Positions 50,141 through 63,455 of a stretch of DNA of 64,000 nucleotides are shown one piece after another. Every line of letters begins with the position of its first letter. Positions within the stretch are counted from its first letter, which is position 1. Location of the stretch: the NCBI RefSeq assembly GCF_001194135.2, contig NC_068989.1, forward strand, positions 79,657,612 through 79,721,611, in the 5' to 3' direction. The stretch comes from Octopus bimaculoides (lineage: Eukaryota). The translations under genes and the position numbers were made by a program. The notes below the pieces were generated by a model. It did not search any database. It saw only the letters and a program-made list of their open reading frames with translations, and was not told where the DNA came from.

Positions 50141-51007
50141 CTAGCGGAACCCGTGAATATTTTACGGAATTAATAGCAAACGTATTAGGTTATTCCTGAA
50201 AACTTTATCCAAAAATCCTGAAGGTGTAGCCTGTGTTATGTCTATATCAAAATAGCTCATCTGCTATTCATTAAAAAGTGAAAGAAATTGGAATCAAAAT
50301 GATTACTTAATGCACTATATATATGTACTTTATATACTTTATACACAATTTTATGGACGTAGTAAACAACACTCATAAAATAAATATTCACACTTATTTT
50401 TCCATTTTCCCCATAAACAGAAAAGATTACATTTCAAAAATTCATATTGTCACAATTTCATATCGAGAAAACAAAAAAATTATAGTAAATAAAATTATTT
50501 TATCTGTAAAATGTAGGGGTCACAATTTTATGTGAGTAAAAATTAAATGCAACGTGACATGCTCTGAAAACCACATCGTTGGTAACTTATAAGGCAAGGC
50601 GATGGTTCAGAGCCAATACACATTTCGATTTGCGAACACCGTTCAATCCAATACTTCTTTGCAGACTATGTTCTTGGTGTAAGTTCTCCCTTTCTTTTCC
50701 CTTGTTTGTCAGTGTTGATTACTTTAACTCTCATATGAGATAATTTGCGAACCCTTGAGAATGCAACATACAGCTGACCATGGCCGAATATAGGATCAGG
50801 CAACAGTGGCCCCACTTTATCAAATGTCTGCCTTTGTGATTTAATGATAGTCATTGCGTATGACAGACGAACGGGAAACTGGTTTCTTTCTACACTGAAT
50901 GGCAAGTTTGGGATGCGCATACGTTAAGTGATAGGTAATATAACAAACATAGTTCGATTTAAAAAATATACTATGCACTCACCATCGCTACCACTACCGC
51001 ACCATCA

Positions 51008-51065
<58 letters not shown>

Positions 51066-51219
51066 GACTGTCTTTACTCTCACCATCAGAACATCACCTC
51101 TCCGCTTGAATTATATTCCTAACTCACTTCTATATCACTACCTTCAACTAACCTTTTTAACCACATAATAAATATTACTTTCCCATACCACATGTCATGG
51201 ACGTTTTTCTCTCGCTCTT

Positions 51220-51258
<39 letters not shown>

Positions 51259-51516
51259 GCCTCATTCTCGCCTTATCCTATTTTTCTTCCTCCCACTTTT
51301 CTCTCTCCCTCTTTCTCTCTCTTTCCTTTTTCTTTCTCTTGTTCTCTCTTTTCCTTCAGCTAACCACGTGGAAACGTTACAATTACGTTCCCTCTACGTC
51401 ACGTCATGGACGCTTCGTTCGCCCACTTTTCTCTCTCCCTCTTTTTTCGCCCTCTTTTTCTTTACTCATGTGAAGCGTTACCGACGAGCTAAGTAACGCA
51501 ATGAATTATTATAAGA
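50141..51516 (-). mobile_element. Complete non-autonomous Helitron (1376 bp)
   Basis: Minus strand A|TCTTATAATAAT 5' end; 3' end with hairpin CCGT-AAAATATTC-ACGG (50167-50151) followed by CTAG|T; no TSD; internal helicase remnant and (GA)n tracts. Confidence 0.88.
50643..50912 (-). pseudogene. Helitron RepHel PIF1-like helicase C-terminal remnant
   Basis: [45 protein letters not shown], then frameshifted [11 protein letters not shown], the usual Helitron protein end. Confidence 0.92.
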
Positions 51517-54500
51517 TATTACTGTGTGTCGGGGTAGAGGTACTTAATGGCTAATAAGGCTCTTCCACGAGTGTAACCGCTTCAGTTTCAACTACAATCG
51601 CAGAATGCAACTAGCTAAGCAACTAGGACTTCAAAATTATAAATATTGCATTTCTGAAAAAAAAATATAAAACTCAAAATAAACTGTTCTTATAAACGTC
51701 TAAATGAAAGAATCCTTTAGTTTCTTTGGCCATTAAATATTCTTACAGACAGACACTATTGAAAGAATTATGGAATTTAGTCGAGAGTACAGTTTTATGC
51801 ATGAAAACACAAATAGCTTCAGCTTTGTCAGACACATATAGAGAGAACTGTCATATGTCTTGAATAAAGACACTTATTTGTATTTGTAGCAGTGAACTGA
51901 GAGATGTGGCCTAAAGATAAAATTTAAAAGACTTGCTAACAGAACACTGTGATTTCATTAAAGGAGGTGATATTCTCTTATGAAGAACTTCTGAATAGTA
52001 TTTCAAATACTATGTCTGGAAACCTCCTGCTTTATATAATTTAGTTATGTAATATAACTAGTCTGTTAATGGATATTTCAAAGACGACGGGTAACTTTGA
52101 AATGTTCGAATAGCAAATGATTATCAATGGACTAACTATAATGTTTTTACATGAGTTTAATTCAAGTTGTTTCAGATGTTAAAGTATTACATTGGAGTCT
52201 ACGACCGGAGCTGCCATCCATGGGTTTTTTTTGTATTTTTTTTTTGTAAATATTCTGGTATTTAGGTTATAAATTGTTGAATATTTGATAAATAGGTCTG
52301 TGGTTCAAATCTATCCTTATTTACTAGTTAGTCTCATTCGAAATAAAATATCTATTATCGGTATTTACTGCGTAATAACTTAAATTGCCAATATTCTTTA
52401 CTACTGGTGCCAAATATATATACTCTTGATTTTAATAAATTAAAATATTAAATGCGATGTCCAATAAACAACCACTGTATTGTCACTGTTACTGTTTTTA
52501 CCTCAGGTCAACTCTGATCAAGTAAACATATAATCAAAAACATTCCAACTGTAACCATCCCATCTTTTAAGGAGTATCTAGAATTACATAATCTAACGTA
52601 TCGTTCCTTTCTCTTTAGATGAAACGGTATAACTAGAAGGAGATGAGATTTGGCCGCTGTTACTAAGAGTAACATAATCTTGGTGTTAATTTCAGACGAC
52701 TCTTCAGAAATGGTGTATTTTGTTTCTAATTTAAAACTGTATTCTTCTCGGAAACAATTTGACACATTTCAGAAAAACCAAATCTGTTAATCTACTGGAA
52801 AAATCTTTCATTATTGTTGGTTGGTAAAATAATTCTGTAGTACAACATTATAATGATATTTTAAAAATCTCTACAAGCTATGGAAAATAAGAATGTATTT
52901 TACTAATTGCAACGCCTTGTGGCTCCAAATTTACTGCTGTTAAAGTATACGTACAGCTTTTACAATTCTAAAATAATATATAATGCACTTATAGATATTA
53001 TAATGGTCTGGCAACATTTTTAGGAAAAGAATTAGATTAAGCAATGTAAGCCGAGTGAGAATTGCTCATCAATTTAATAGTACCATCGTTGTTTACCGTA
53101 AGAAATATATTATGTGTGAAATGCGCTTTATCGAGAATACACTATCTGTGAAATATATCAGACTACAGTTCTTGGATTCTTGAAGACTACCATTCACAAA
53201 TCGTACATGACTTAATGCTATTGACAGAGACAAACTGCCGATGGTAGACTTCTCTCTGTCAATTTGAATGTCATTTATATACACAAAAAGGTACAAAAAT
53301 ACAAAGCCAGATTTATGAGTTAATCAGTAGATGGCTGTATATGTATATATGTATGTATGTATTTATGCATGTATGCATGTATATATGTATGTATGTGTGT
53401 ATATGTATGTATGTGTGTATATGTATGTACGCAGGCATGTATATATGTATGTATGTTCGTATGTATGCATGTATGTACTTATTTACTAGAAACAATATTT
53501 ACAAATGATTTAGCAACAAACATGATTACTTACTCTTGTTACGTGTGCACGAGTGTGTGTACGTGTGTGTGTGTGTGTGTGCATGTATGATTACGCTTAG
53601 GAGCGGACGACATTTTTGATTACAGGAACATGTTTTCAAATAATGAAAACCTAGATACATGTAAGCGTGCAATAGTTTATGTTCGGCGCATATTAATTAC
53701 TTAACTCAATCCGACTGACATCGAATATTCACAGTACAGTAGCAAAGTTGTAAAATCAAATAACTTGAATTCATTTTCGTTAAGTTAAACAATTCTGACT
53801 CTCATGATAAAATATTTTATCTTGAGTTGTTTAAATGTATTTATATTTTTTTCCTTCACCTATGTTTACATTATAACAATAACAAAAATATAAAACAAGT
53901 GTTTGCAACAACATTCTATAATTCATTAGATTTTAAGGAAAACTTTCCTTTGTCATAGATTTATGATTAATTTTATTTCAAAGTATAAACGGCGAATAGA
54001 TCAAGATCATAGTTTGATCTGTGCAGAAATGTCAATTAAGAAGGTAATGAATTTCGGAATAAATTTCGATGAATGACAGTTAATGTTGTTCTTGTTACTC
54101 AAGGTATTTAATCCAGCACGTGCCTTTATCATTCCCACAACGGATGTTTTTCGTACCGTTAAGACAAACACAGAACATGATTCTCTTCTTTGGAGCATAA
54201 TCACGGAAAGTTAATAATTTCCTCTGTACTGAAATTAATATTGATTATATAAAGAAAATAAGGAAGCCCAACAAAAATTGTTGAGGATTCTCAACCGTTT
54301 CCTTGTAGCAATTGTTTAATCGATGTGCAAAGTTTAGATTGGAGACCAAACGATTGTCAGTAGGCGCATGATAGTGAAATAGAGAAACAAAAATAACGGA
54401 TGAAAAGGAGAGAAAATGAAAGAAAGATCGGGAAGACTTGAATGTAAAATGGTTGTGTTTACATTACGTTTTCGTTGCTTGCTGCAAGAACTAAATTTTA

Positions 54501-55253
54501 ATTAACGGAAGTCAGTTAAAAATGGACATTTTATACTGAATCTTTTATTTTGCATAAAAGCTAGACGCTTCACTGCGTACACACATTTGAAACACACATC
54601 TCTTTTATATAGTATTAAGCAATATACAGATATTTCTTTTGCTCGTCGTTTCTGAAACGTATACGTGTTTTTAAACTACATAATGATGTTCTTTAAATGA
54701 AAAAAAAAAAATACAAAAAAGGAAAGAAACCACGCTTTTTATCGATTGAAAATCGAAATGAATGAAAATTGGTGGAAGAAAAACACACGGTCAGCATAAT
54801 GACAACACATTTGGAAACAACAGTAATAGTTATAATGGTGGCAATTCTACATTATTTCTAAGATGATCATTGCCAAAAAATTTTAAACTAATAATTCCTT
54901 TAGGATTGGATTAAAATTCGAAGAAGAATACGACCGATGCAATTACCGCAGATGAATCACTGGTGCTTATGCCACCGATATGGGTGGTTGAATGATGAAG
55001 ATATGCTAGATAATATCTAAACTCTAAAGGTGGTGGCTGCAGCTCGCCAGAAGCATATATATATCCTTATGGAACTTGAAACAGTCATTAACAATGGATT
55101 TTTATGTCATATTGGTTATCGGAAGAAAAAGGCAACCGATTAGCCAGTCAACCTGGAGGGTATTTAATATCTGCTCTAATATAACTCCCGAAGACAAAAT
55201 AACTACAAGTAACAATGCTCAACAACAGATGGCATTATTTTAATTTACAAATA

Positions 55254-55810
55254 ATTGTTTCTAATCTTGACACAAAACCAGCAACTTTTAAAGTGGGGTG
55301 TTACTCCATTACATTTGCCGCATTATTTCGCTGGTCTTTTATTCAATTAACCTTATTTTATCGACCCCTAAAGCGATGAAAGACAAAGTCGACCTCGGCG
55401 GGGTTTGAACTCTGTATGTAAAAAGCTCGAACACGAAGGATAGAGGTAAAATGTTTTATTACGTTAAGCGGTTTTGAAAAGAAATGACAAAGTTTTTGAA
55501 TTCATCTTAGCACGCAATACCTCTTTATTTGCAATGTTTTTCAAAACTGCTACCACAAATTAGCCATATCTACGTAGTAGATAAGGTGGTGAGCTGGTAG
55601 AAGCGTTGGCACGCCGGGCGAAATGCTTTGCGGCATTTCGTCTGTCTTTACGTTCTGAGTTCAAATTTCGCCGACGTCGACTTTACCTTTCATCCTTTCG
55701 GTGTCGATAAAATAAATACGATTTGAACACTGGGGTCGATGTAATCGACATCACCACCTCAAATTGCGGCACAAATTGCTGGCCTTGAGCCAAAATTTGA
55801 AACCAATATT
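55254..55810. mobile_element. Inverted pair of SINE family A copies (about 55254-55430 -, 55583-55810 +)
   Basis: AAAGTCGACCTCGGCGGGGTTTGAACTCTG vs CTGAGTTCAAATTTCGCCGACGTCGACTTT. Confidence 0.88.
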
Positions 55811-56631
55811 TATATAGACGCTCTGTTGGCAGAATTGATCTAGCATGGAAGAAAACAAGAAGGTTTGCGATATTTTGTTAGGTCTCTGTTTTGAATTCTA
55901 ATATGGCCAAGGCTATCCTTTCTTCTATGTGGAGGGGTGGATATAATAAATACCAATCAGTAACTGTTGTCGAATCTCGTCGAACATACACTTCTCTAAA
56001 CAGAGATATTGTGGTAAGGTTGGGAATCCAAATTTATGGATTGGTTCTGTTTCTCAAGTACGCTTCATATATAAAAATTATAATTTAAACCGGTTAAATA
56101 TGTACTAATTTTATCTTCATTATTATCTTAAACTTAAACCTCGTTCAACTTGTATTTAAAACAATGTTAATTTAAAACAATGATAATTTATGTAAGATGT
56201 TTTTTGTATATAATATACATGTTATTATAATGGTTGAAGGGATGATTATTGAATGGTTATTATTTTGATATTATGATATTTTTTAAATAATTTTTCTATC
56301 TTTATATAATAAGTATTTCATATTAATTCATTTGGTACTTATTGTTGGTTGAGATATATATCTAATTATTGTTCTACTTACGATCTGACGATTAGCTATA
56401 TTTTTGAATAGAATTTATTTTCGATAATTTCAATTGATTTTAATCGATTTAAATTTCTTTTCTATTTGAAAATTGGTTATGAAACACGTGCAATCTTTTT
56501 ATTATATTTATCTTATGATATTTACTTTACTTTATATTATACTCATTTATTGTGCTTTTAATTATTAATTTTTCTATATGTGATAGTGGATTTTCATCGA
56601 TGAGTTCTTGAAAATTGGTTATATTCCCTAA

Positions 56632-56687
<56 letters not shown>

Positions 56688-59646
56688 ATAGAGTTTTTGA
56701 TGTGAGACAGCTTGTAATTTTGAACGAAATTTGAAACTATATTAGTTACTACAAACCGTTAGTCACAGACGTTTTGTAATTTAGACGAAGAGAGAAATAA
56801 CACATTAAAGCCTTCGTCCCGTTCTCAAGAATAATGGCAGTGTCTGATGCCAAATAAACATTTCTCAGCAGTCGTCGTCCCTGTATTAATTGAATACAGC
56901 TACAGCATTAGTCAGATACACTAGTCTTGCTATTTGTTTCAAAGCCAACCTGCAGCTGGTATGAATATTTAAGTGGTAAGCAAATTTAAATCGATTTGGT
57001 AATACTTTGGTCTTAATTCGATCGAAACATCTCAACTGAGTATTTGATCATGCAATTTTCTCCGCCCAGCACAATATTAGTTAAGTCATTAATCACATAT
57101 GACAAGAAAAGATATTCGGAAACAGATACAAGTAATTTGTTTGACAACGTAGTAGAGCGTCACAAAAGGATTAGAAATGTAACGAGCATTCTTTACCTCT
57201 GTGGATTAACGAAGGTTTACACATGTCGGTTTATCTCTAAATGGATAATGTTTGTATCTCTGTTGTCCTTTCCTTTAAAAATTTTGTTTTCTTTACACTC
57301 TCATTGTACACACGTAATCATGTTAATGAGATGGAAATTTTCACTGTCTGCAGGGAAAATATTTAGATAGAGCTGACATTAGCAAAGCAATAACGAAGAC
57401 CAACTGATTCACCTTTTGAGAGAAAACGTATGGTGGTTATTATTAAAGGAGACATAATGATATATTGTCGATTTGAGAGAAATACTTGAAACATAGAAAA
57501 TATAAGATGAAAATGAACGTTTAGTTAGAGAAATAGCCTTTACTATAGTGATACTATTGCTAGTAGAGATGTCTTGTTGAGCGAATACAATAATTAGAAA
57601 TGAATTCAGTAAAATCGAACTTACAAAATCATATCCTCTGAAAAATAGTGAAGGGTCGACTAGGCAAGGAATTTTAAAAAAAACAAATGGGAGAACTGAG
57701 GTTTTCAGTTGAAAAGAAGTACCTCCAAATCCCCTCAAAAAGGTGAAAAAGACTACCTGAACACTAATGGACGTGAACACATACCTCAGTGGCACACCCC
57801 ATTACTGCCTCTCTAAAAGCCTCCCACTCCTCCACCACATCTCCTACCCCCCGAGAGAAAAAGGAGAATTTTTAAAACTAGTTTATAGCTTAATTTTGTT
57901 GTTGTTGAGTTGTTGAACCATAAGAGAAGCGCACTGTCGGCTCCTTTATTGACACTTTTTGTTGATGTGATGGCGGGGATTGATGGATCGTAGATTCATC
58001 TGTGCTATGTAATTGTAGTGAGGATATTTGTCTTAGTTCATTTGTAGTCAGTCAAACGTCATTAAGTGCAGACTATATTCTTTTTTTCTTTTTTCTTATG
58101 CTAGTGCGATGAGAGAGTTTGATCTAATCTTGTTCCTGCTTATTCTGAGGTCATCCTGGTGAGATAGGCTTTTGATCAAAGGCATTCCAACAGTAACTAT
58201 ACGATCACTCTATCTCTCCATCAACCATTCAAACATAACACATCAAAGAAACTTAATTTGCCACAATGTAATTTCTCTTTTAATGCAGCATGTTATATTT
58301 TGTGGTAGAGAGGATTTGTTTGTTACTTCTAACAAGCCAGGTGACCACATAAAGGTTAGGATTCTTTAAGCAAAAGATCACAGAGAGCAATCCGCAATGG
58401 ATATTCTTGGTAATGTCTGCACCTTAACAGCGCATACAGGTGTAAATCACTACAGCTATAGTATTCCCACAAGGAACAACGACCCCGGGTATGATCAACG
58501 CAATAAGAAGACGAAGCAGAAGAAGGAGGAGACGGAAAAGGAGGGAAGCAGAAACGCGATATACGTACAATTGTATGTATCGTAAAATAAAGCTATCACC
58601 CGAAAGACAAGATAATGCATAAATTTTTCCGCCATCGTTGATCCTATGTGCATAATTCCATTTAAGAAACAAACTTAAAGATAATCCTAATCTTTTTCTT
58701 TTTTTTCTAACAAAACTGTCCGATGAACGGGAACGTGAAACTCCGAGTAACAGTTTTTTGTTATATTTCTGCTGCTTTTAAATAAAACATATTACTCAGC
58801 CTCGGGTATTTGAGTACTCTTTTTTCCACCTTGTTGCACATTTATGTGCTTGCTCCGGTATATATATATATACATATATGTTATCATAATAAAATACAAT
58901 GCCGTTGAGATGCTTTATCATTAAAGCAGAAATGTAATTATCTACATTTAACTTCTGTTTATCAGTCGACTGGGATTTAGTAATCATTGTTTTCTTGTAT
59001 AGATATTTGTATAGTTTACTACTTGAAAGTAAAAGTCTATGTCTACGACTACATATAACGATAAATTAATGATGTCTGCAAGACTATTTTAATCCGTTTC
59101 AGAGTCTAGCGAACTATAGAGATCCATACATGGAAGCAGGCAAGACAAAGAATTGCACTTTAGTAACTCTACTGGAAGTCGTGAAGTGGAATAGTGGTGA
59201 GAAAAGTATAAAAAATAATTAAAAAATGCACGCCCACTTTCCTTCGGGAATTACAAACAGTACTTTTAGACTGCATGTACATCATAAGAGATCTCTTCTT
59301 TACAGGAGAAAGAAAAAACCCACAAAGCGCAAAACAGCAACATCGCTATTTGAATTAAATACAATCGATTGACAGGTTATTTAAGGGCGTCGAAAAACAT
59401 AAATGTCTTACTGTTATTGTTCTGGTGCTTTGCTCTGTGAGGTCAGCCCCCATCAAAACTATTTATGCCTTTTAACCTTCCATTGTCAATAAATGAAGCC
59501 CCGTGGAGTCGATATTTTTCTTCACATTCTTCTACAATCGAGTTGTAGTGTTGTGATGCCAAAGGAAACTACTCTCAATTTCTCTTTCATGAAAAGAAAC
59601 GGGGTAGGGTTGAACAGCGGGTTAGGAAACTCTTATTATGTAAAGT

Positions 59647-60031
59647 GTGGAGGCGCAATGGCCCAGTGGTTAGTGCAGCGGACTCGCGGTCATAGGATCG
59701 CGGTTTCGATTCCCAGACCGGGCGTTGTGAGTGTTTATTGAGCGAAAACACCTAAAGCTCCACGAGGCTCCGGCAGGGGATGGTTGAGAACCCTGCTGTA
59801 CTCTTTCACCACAATTTTCTCTCACTCTTACTTCCTGTTTCTGTTGTGCCTGTGATTCAAAGGGCCAGCCTTGTCACACTGTGTCACGCTGAATGTCTCC
59901 GAGAACTACGTTAAGGGTACACGTGTCTGTGGAGTGCTCAGCCACTTGCACGTTAATTTCACGAGCAGGCTGTTCCGTTGATCGGATGAACTGGAACCCT
60001 CGACGTCGTAAGCGACGGAGTGCCAACAACA
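59647..60031 (+). mobile_element. SINE family C, full length, with TSD
   Basis: TSD ATTATGTAAAGT at 59635-59646 and 60032-60043; closely matches 36846-37212. Confidence 0.95.
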
Positions 60032-60954
60032 ATTATGTAAAGTACTACGAAACATCGTCTAAAGGAACTATGCATCATGGCGAGCAAAGAAGAACCGATG
60101 TATTCATTTCTTCCTTGTCCGTGTTACATTTACGCTACCGAATATTATCAAAGTTTAAAAGTAAAATACTGCAGTTAGGTCGAACGCTACTTTACCAATG
60201 TCTTCTAACCGGTCATTAATATATAATTAAATCACAACATAATTTTAAACCATCGATGTGATTTAGGAATATAAAATAAGGGTATATTTTGACGGGGCTG
60301 TTTTTTTCTTTTTCACAGCTGTCAATCATATAAGAATTAATTGATAGTAAAATCTTTTAAGATGGTATATGAATTATATTCAGAGAAGATTAGGTACGAA
60401 ACTGAAAAAGAACAATAATAAAGCATTATTCCGTGCAGCTGGAGCGTGCAATCATTTCTAATCTTGTCAATGACCAATACAATAATTAAATGGAAACTGG
60501 ATGATATGTTTTAGGGAACTGATGGTATAGGGCGTCGAATATGGTATATTTTGTATACTAATTCATAAGAAAGAAAAATACTAATCTTGCTAGTATATCT
60601 AAAGGGTATTATTTGAATAAATCTTTGGCACGTAAGAATAATCTAATTATAGCATGAGTATTCGACTCTAACATATTGTTGGTTTCTTTTCTGAATATTC
60701 ACGGCAGCTGAAAGCAAAAGAGCCTACTGCTAGAATACGAACGAGTTTAGATTATCAATGATATAGATTTCTTTTCACTCCATTCAGAGCATATGCTGCA
60801 GGGTATGATATACAATCCGATACATTTCCTACTGTATGCTCCTTCTCAACTTTTACTCATTAGGAACCCCAGAACCCCCCACCTACATTGGATAAGAATT
60901 ATCATTAATACTAATAATTTTTTTTCCTTACGGATGTAATAATAAATTGATTAA

Positions 60955-62498
60955 ATAAATATTCTTCTTGTCTCCTATGTTAACCCTCATTTAAATATGT
61001 TTTTCATGCAGAAGGCACCTTTGCCAATTTGTTCCATGTCATTAGAAGTATGGTCTGTTGAACTGACTACATACTTGTTACAGCGTCTGCTAAAGATTAG
61101 AGACTGACATAATTCCAGGATCACGATTATATGCAGCAAGATATTTAGTCCAGTTATTTACTACCTCAGCTAATGTTAATCATTCATGTAACAGCGATGT
61201 AGACGCAAACAGAATTAAGTTCGCTTACAAAATGTCAGCTGTTTGCTAAATATCTAAGAATTAATTCTGTCACAGAACACAAAGATCTACAGCATCTGTG
61301 TTCAACCATAATACCCGCACTGTCTTAGTTCAAAGTTAATAGATTGCAAAGACTATTACCAGAAATCATTGGTTTATATTCTAGATGAGGTTTTCAAATA
61401 GGATATATACAAAGTATTGCGGTCTAATTAGAATTATGGCAAAATACTTCGAGTTTATTAGAACTCAAGACATTCAGCAAATGAAGTCAGTGACATACAC
61501 ACGCGAAGATATAATCGATGTTGTCCCGTACTAAATTATATTCTATTTAGGAAAGGGGAATTGTCACTACAATGCAAAAAAATAAAGTTATTCTGAACGC
61601 AAAGATCCTTCATTGATTTACACTCGGGCATTGATACATACATGAATACATGCATTTATACTTTTAATATAGATGCACAATTATCAGAAGACTGTCACTC
61701 GGAGTTCCGCGAACTATTTCTTTCTTCCACTTTGTTTTGCACTTATGTGCTCACATGAATATCTGTCTGCCTATATATATANNNNNNNNNNNNNNNNNNN
61801 NNNNNNNNNNNNNNNNNNNNNNNNNNNNNNNNNNNNNNNNNNNNNNNNNNNNNNNNNNNNNNNNNNNNNNNNNNNNNNNNNNNNNNNNNNNNNNNNNNNN
61901 NNNNNNNNNNNNNNNNNNNNNNNNNNNNNNNNNNNNNNNNNNNNNNNNNNNNNNNNNNNNNNNNNNNNNNNNNNNNNNNNNNNNNNNNNNNNNNNNNNNN
62001 NNNNNNNNNNNNNNNNNNNNNNNNNNNNNNNNNNNNNNNNNNNNNNNNNNNNNNNNNNNNNNNNNNNNNNNNNNNNNNNNNNNNNNNNNNNNNNNNNNNN
62101 NNNNNNNNNNNNNNNNNNNNNNNNNNNNNNNNNNNNNNNNNNNNNNNNNNNNNNNNNNNNNNNNNNNNNNNNNNNNNNNNNNNNNNNNNNNNNNNNNNNN
62201 NNNNNNNNNNNNNNNNNNNNNNNNNNNNNNNNNNNNNNNNNNNNNNNNNNNNNNNNGAAGAAGAAGAAGAAGAAGAAGAAGAAGAAGAAGAAGAAGAAGA
62301 AGAAGAAGAAGAAGAAGAAGAAGAAGAAACGAATCTATTGATCTTAAAAATATTCTTCTTGTCTCGTCCTCAATTAAATACGTTTTTCATGCAAAGGGCA
62401 TCTTTGTCAATTTGTTCCATGTCATTAGAAGTATAGTCTGTTGAACTGACTACATCCTTGCTACAGCGTCTGTTAAAGATTCGATGCTGATATAATTT
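60955..62498. repeat. Dispersed direct repeat of about 150 bp (about 60955-61115 and 62345-62498)
   Basis: AATTTGTTCCATGTCATTAGAAGTAT.GTCTGTTGAACTGACTACAT is shared by both copies. Confidence 0.92.
62257..62328. repeat. (GAA)n microsatellite
   Basis: Seen directly; gives the poly-K and poly-R ORF tails. Confidence 0.98.
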
Positions 62499-62659
62499 AA
62501 TTGGAGGGCGTGTTAACCTCGTGAAGGGATGGTTGCATCTAAGGAAACACTGGTTTAATACCTAGTATTGTTTGGGAATAAAATTCCCTTAAAACAATAG
62601 GTATATATGAAGCATATAATTCATATCCAGTTAAAAGAATAAAAGAAAATAGAGATAAG

Positions 62660-62893
62660 GTAGTTACTCTTTTACTCTTTTACTTGTATCAGTCATTTGA
62701 CTGCGGACATGCTGGAGCATCACCTTTAGTTGAGCAAATCGACCCCAGGACTTATTCTTTGGAAGCCTAATACTTATTCTATCGGTCTCTTTTGCCGAAC
62801 CACTAAGTTACGGGGACGTAAACACACCAGCATCGGTTGTCAAGCGATATTGGGGAGACAAACACAGACACAAACATAGACACACACACACAC

Positions 62894-62964
<71 letters not shown>
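62660..62964 (-). mobile_element. SINE family B 3' half; head lost in gap
   Basis: CTCTTTTACTCTTTTACTTG..CAGTCATTTGACTGCGG..GACCCCAGGACTTATTCTTT..GTTACGGGGACGTAAACACACC. Confidence 0.9.
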
Positions 62965-63371
62965 NNNNNNNNNNNNNNNNNNNNNNNNNNNNNNNNNNNN
63001 NNNNNNNNNNNNNNNNNNNNNNNNNNNNNNNNNNNNNNNNNNNNNNNNNNNNNNNNNNNNNNNNNNNNNNNNNNNNNNNNNNNNNNNNNNNNNNNNNNNN
63101 NNNNNNNNNNNNNNNNNNNNNNNNNNNNNNNNNNNNNNNNNNNNNNNNNNNNNNNNNNNNNNNNNNNNNNNNNNNNNNNNNNNNNNNNNNNNNNNNNNNN
63201 NNNNNNNNNNNNNNNNNNNNNNNNNNNNNNNNNNNNNNNNNNNNNNNNNNNNNNNNNNNNNNNNNNNNNNNNNNNNNNNNNNNNNNNNNNNNNNNNNNNN
63301 NNNNNNNNNNNNNNNNNNNNNNNNNNNNNNNNNNNNNNNNNNNNNNNNNNNNNNNNNNNNNNNNNNNNNNN

Positions 63372-63455
<84 letters not shown>

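Larger units (their letters stand above)
2865..63371. other. Twelve assembly gaps: 2865-3032, 6587-6886, 15277-15750, 17089-17454, 26805-26848, 28619-28941, 29814-30203, 38398-38829, 41318-41417, 46999-47105, 61782-62256, 62965-63371
   Basis: N runs seen directly; most abut microsatellites, as expected in a short-read assembly. Confidence 0.99.

Noticed and set aside
54930-55230. ITADESLVL resembling the piggyBac D268 motif
   Set aside because: No downstream piggyBac motifs and no TTAA-CCC ends.
57409-57795. 128-aa minus ORF, the longest gap-free non-repeat ORF
   Set aside because: F/S/I-rich composition typical of the antisense of A-rich DNA; no domain or splice support.
58490-58570. Arg-rich frame MINAIRRRSRRRRRRKRREA (protamine-like)
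   Set aside because: Explained by a degenerate GAA/GGA purine tract; no gene context.
60319-60328. PBX-MEIS/PREP decamer TGATTGACAG (minus strand)
   Set aside because: One 10-mer in 64 kb is within chance expectation.
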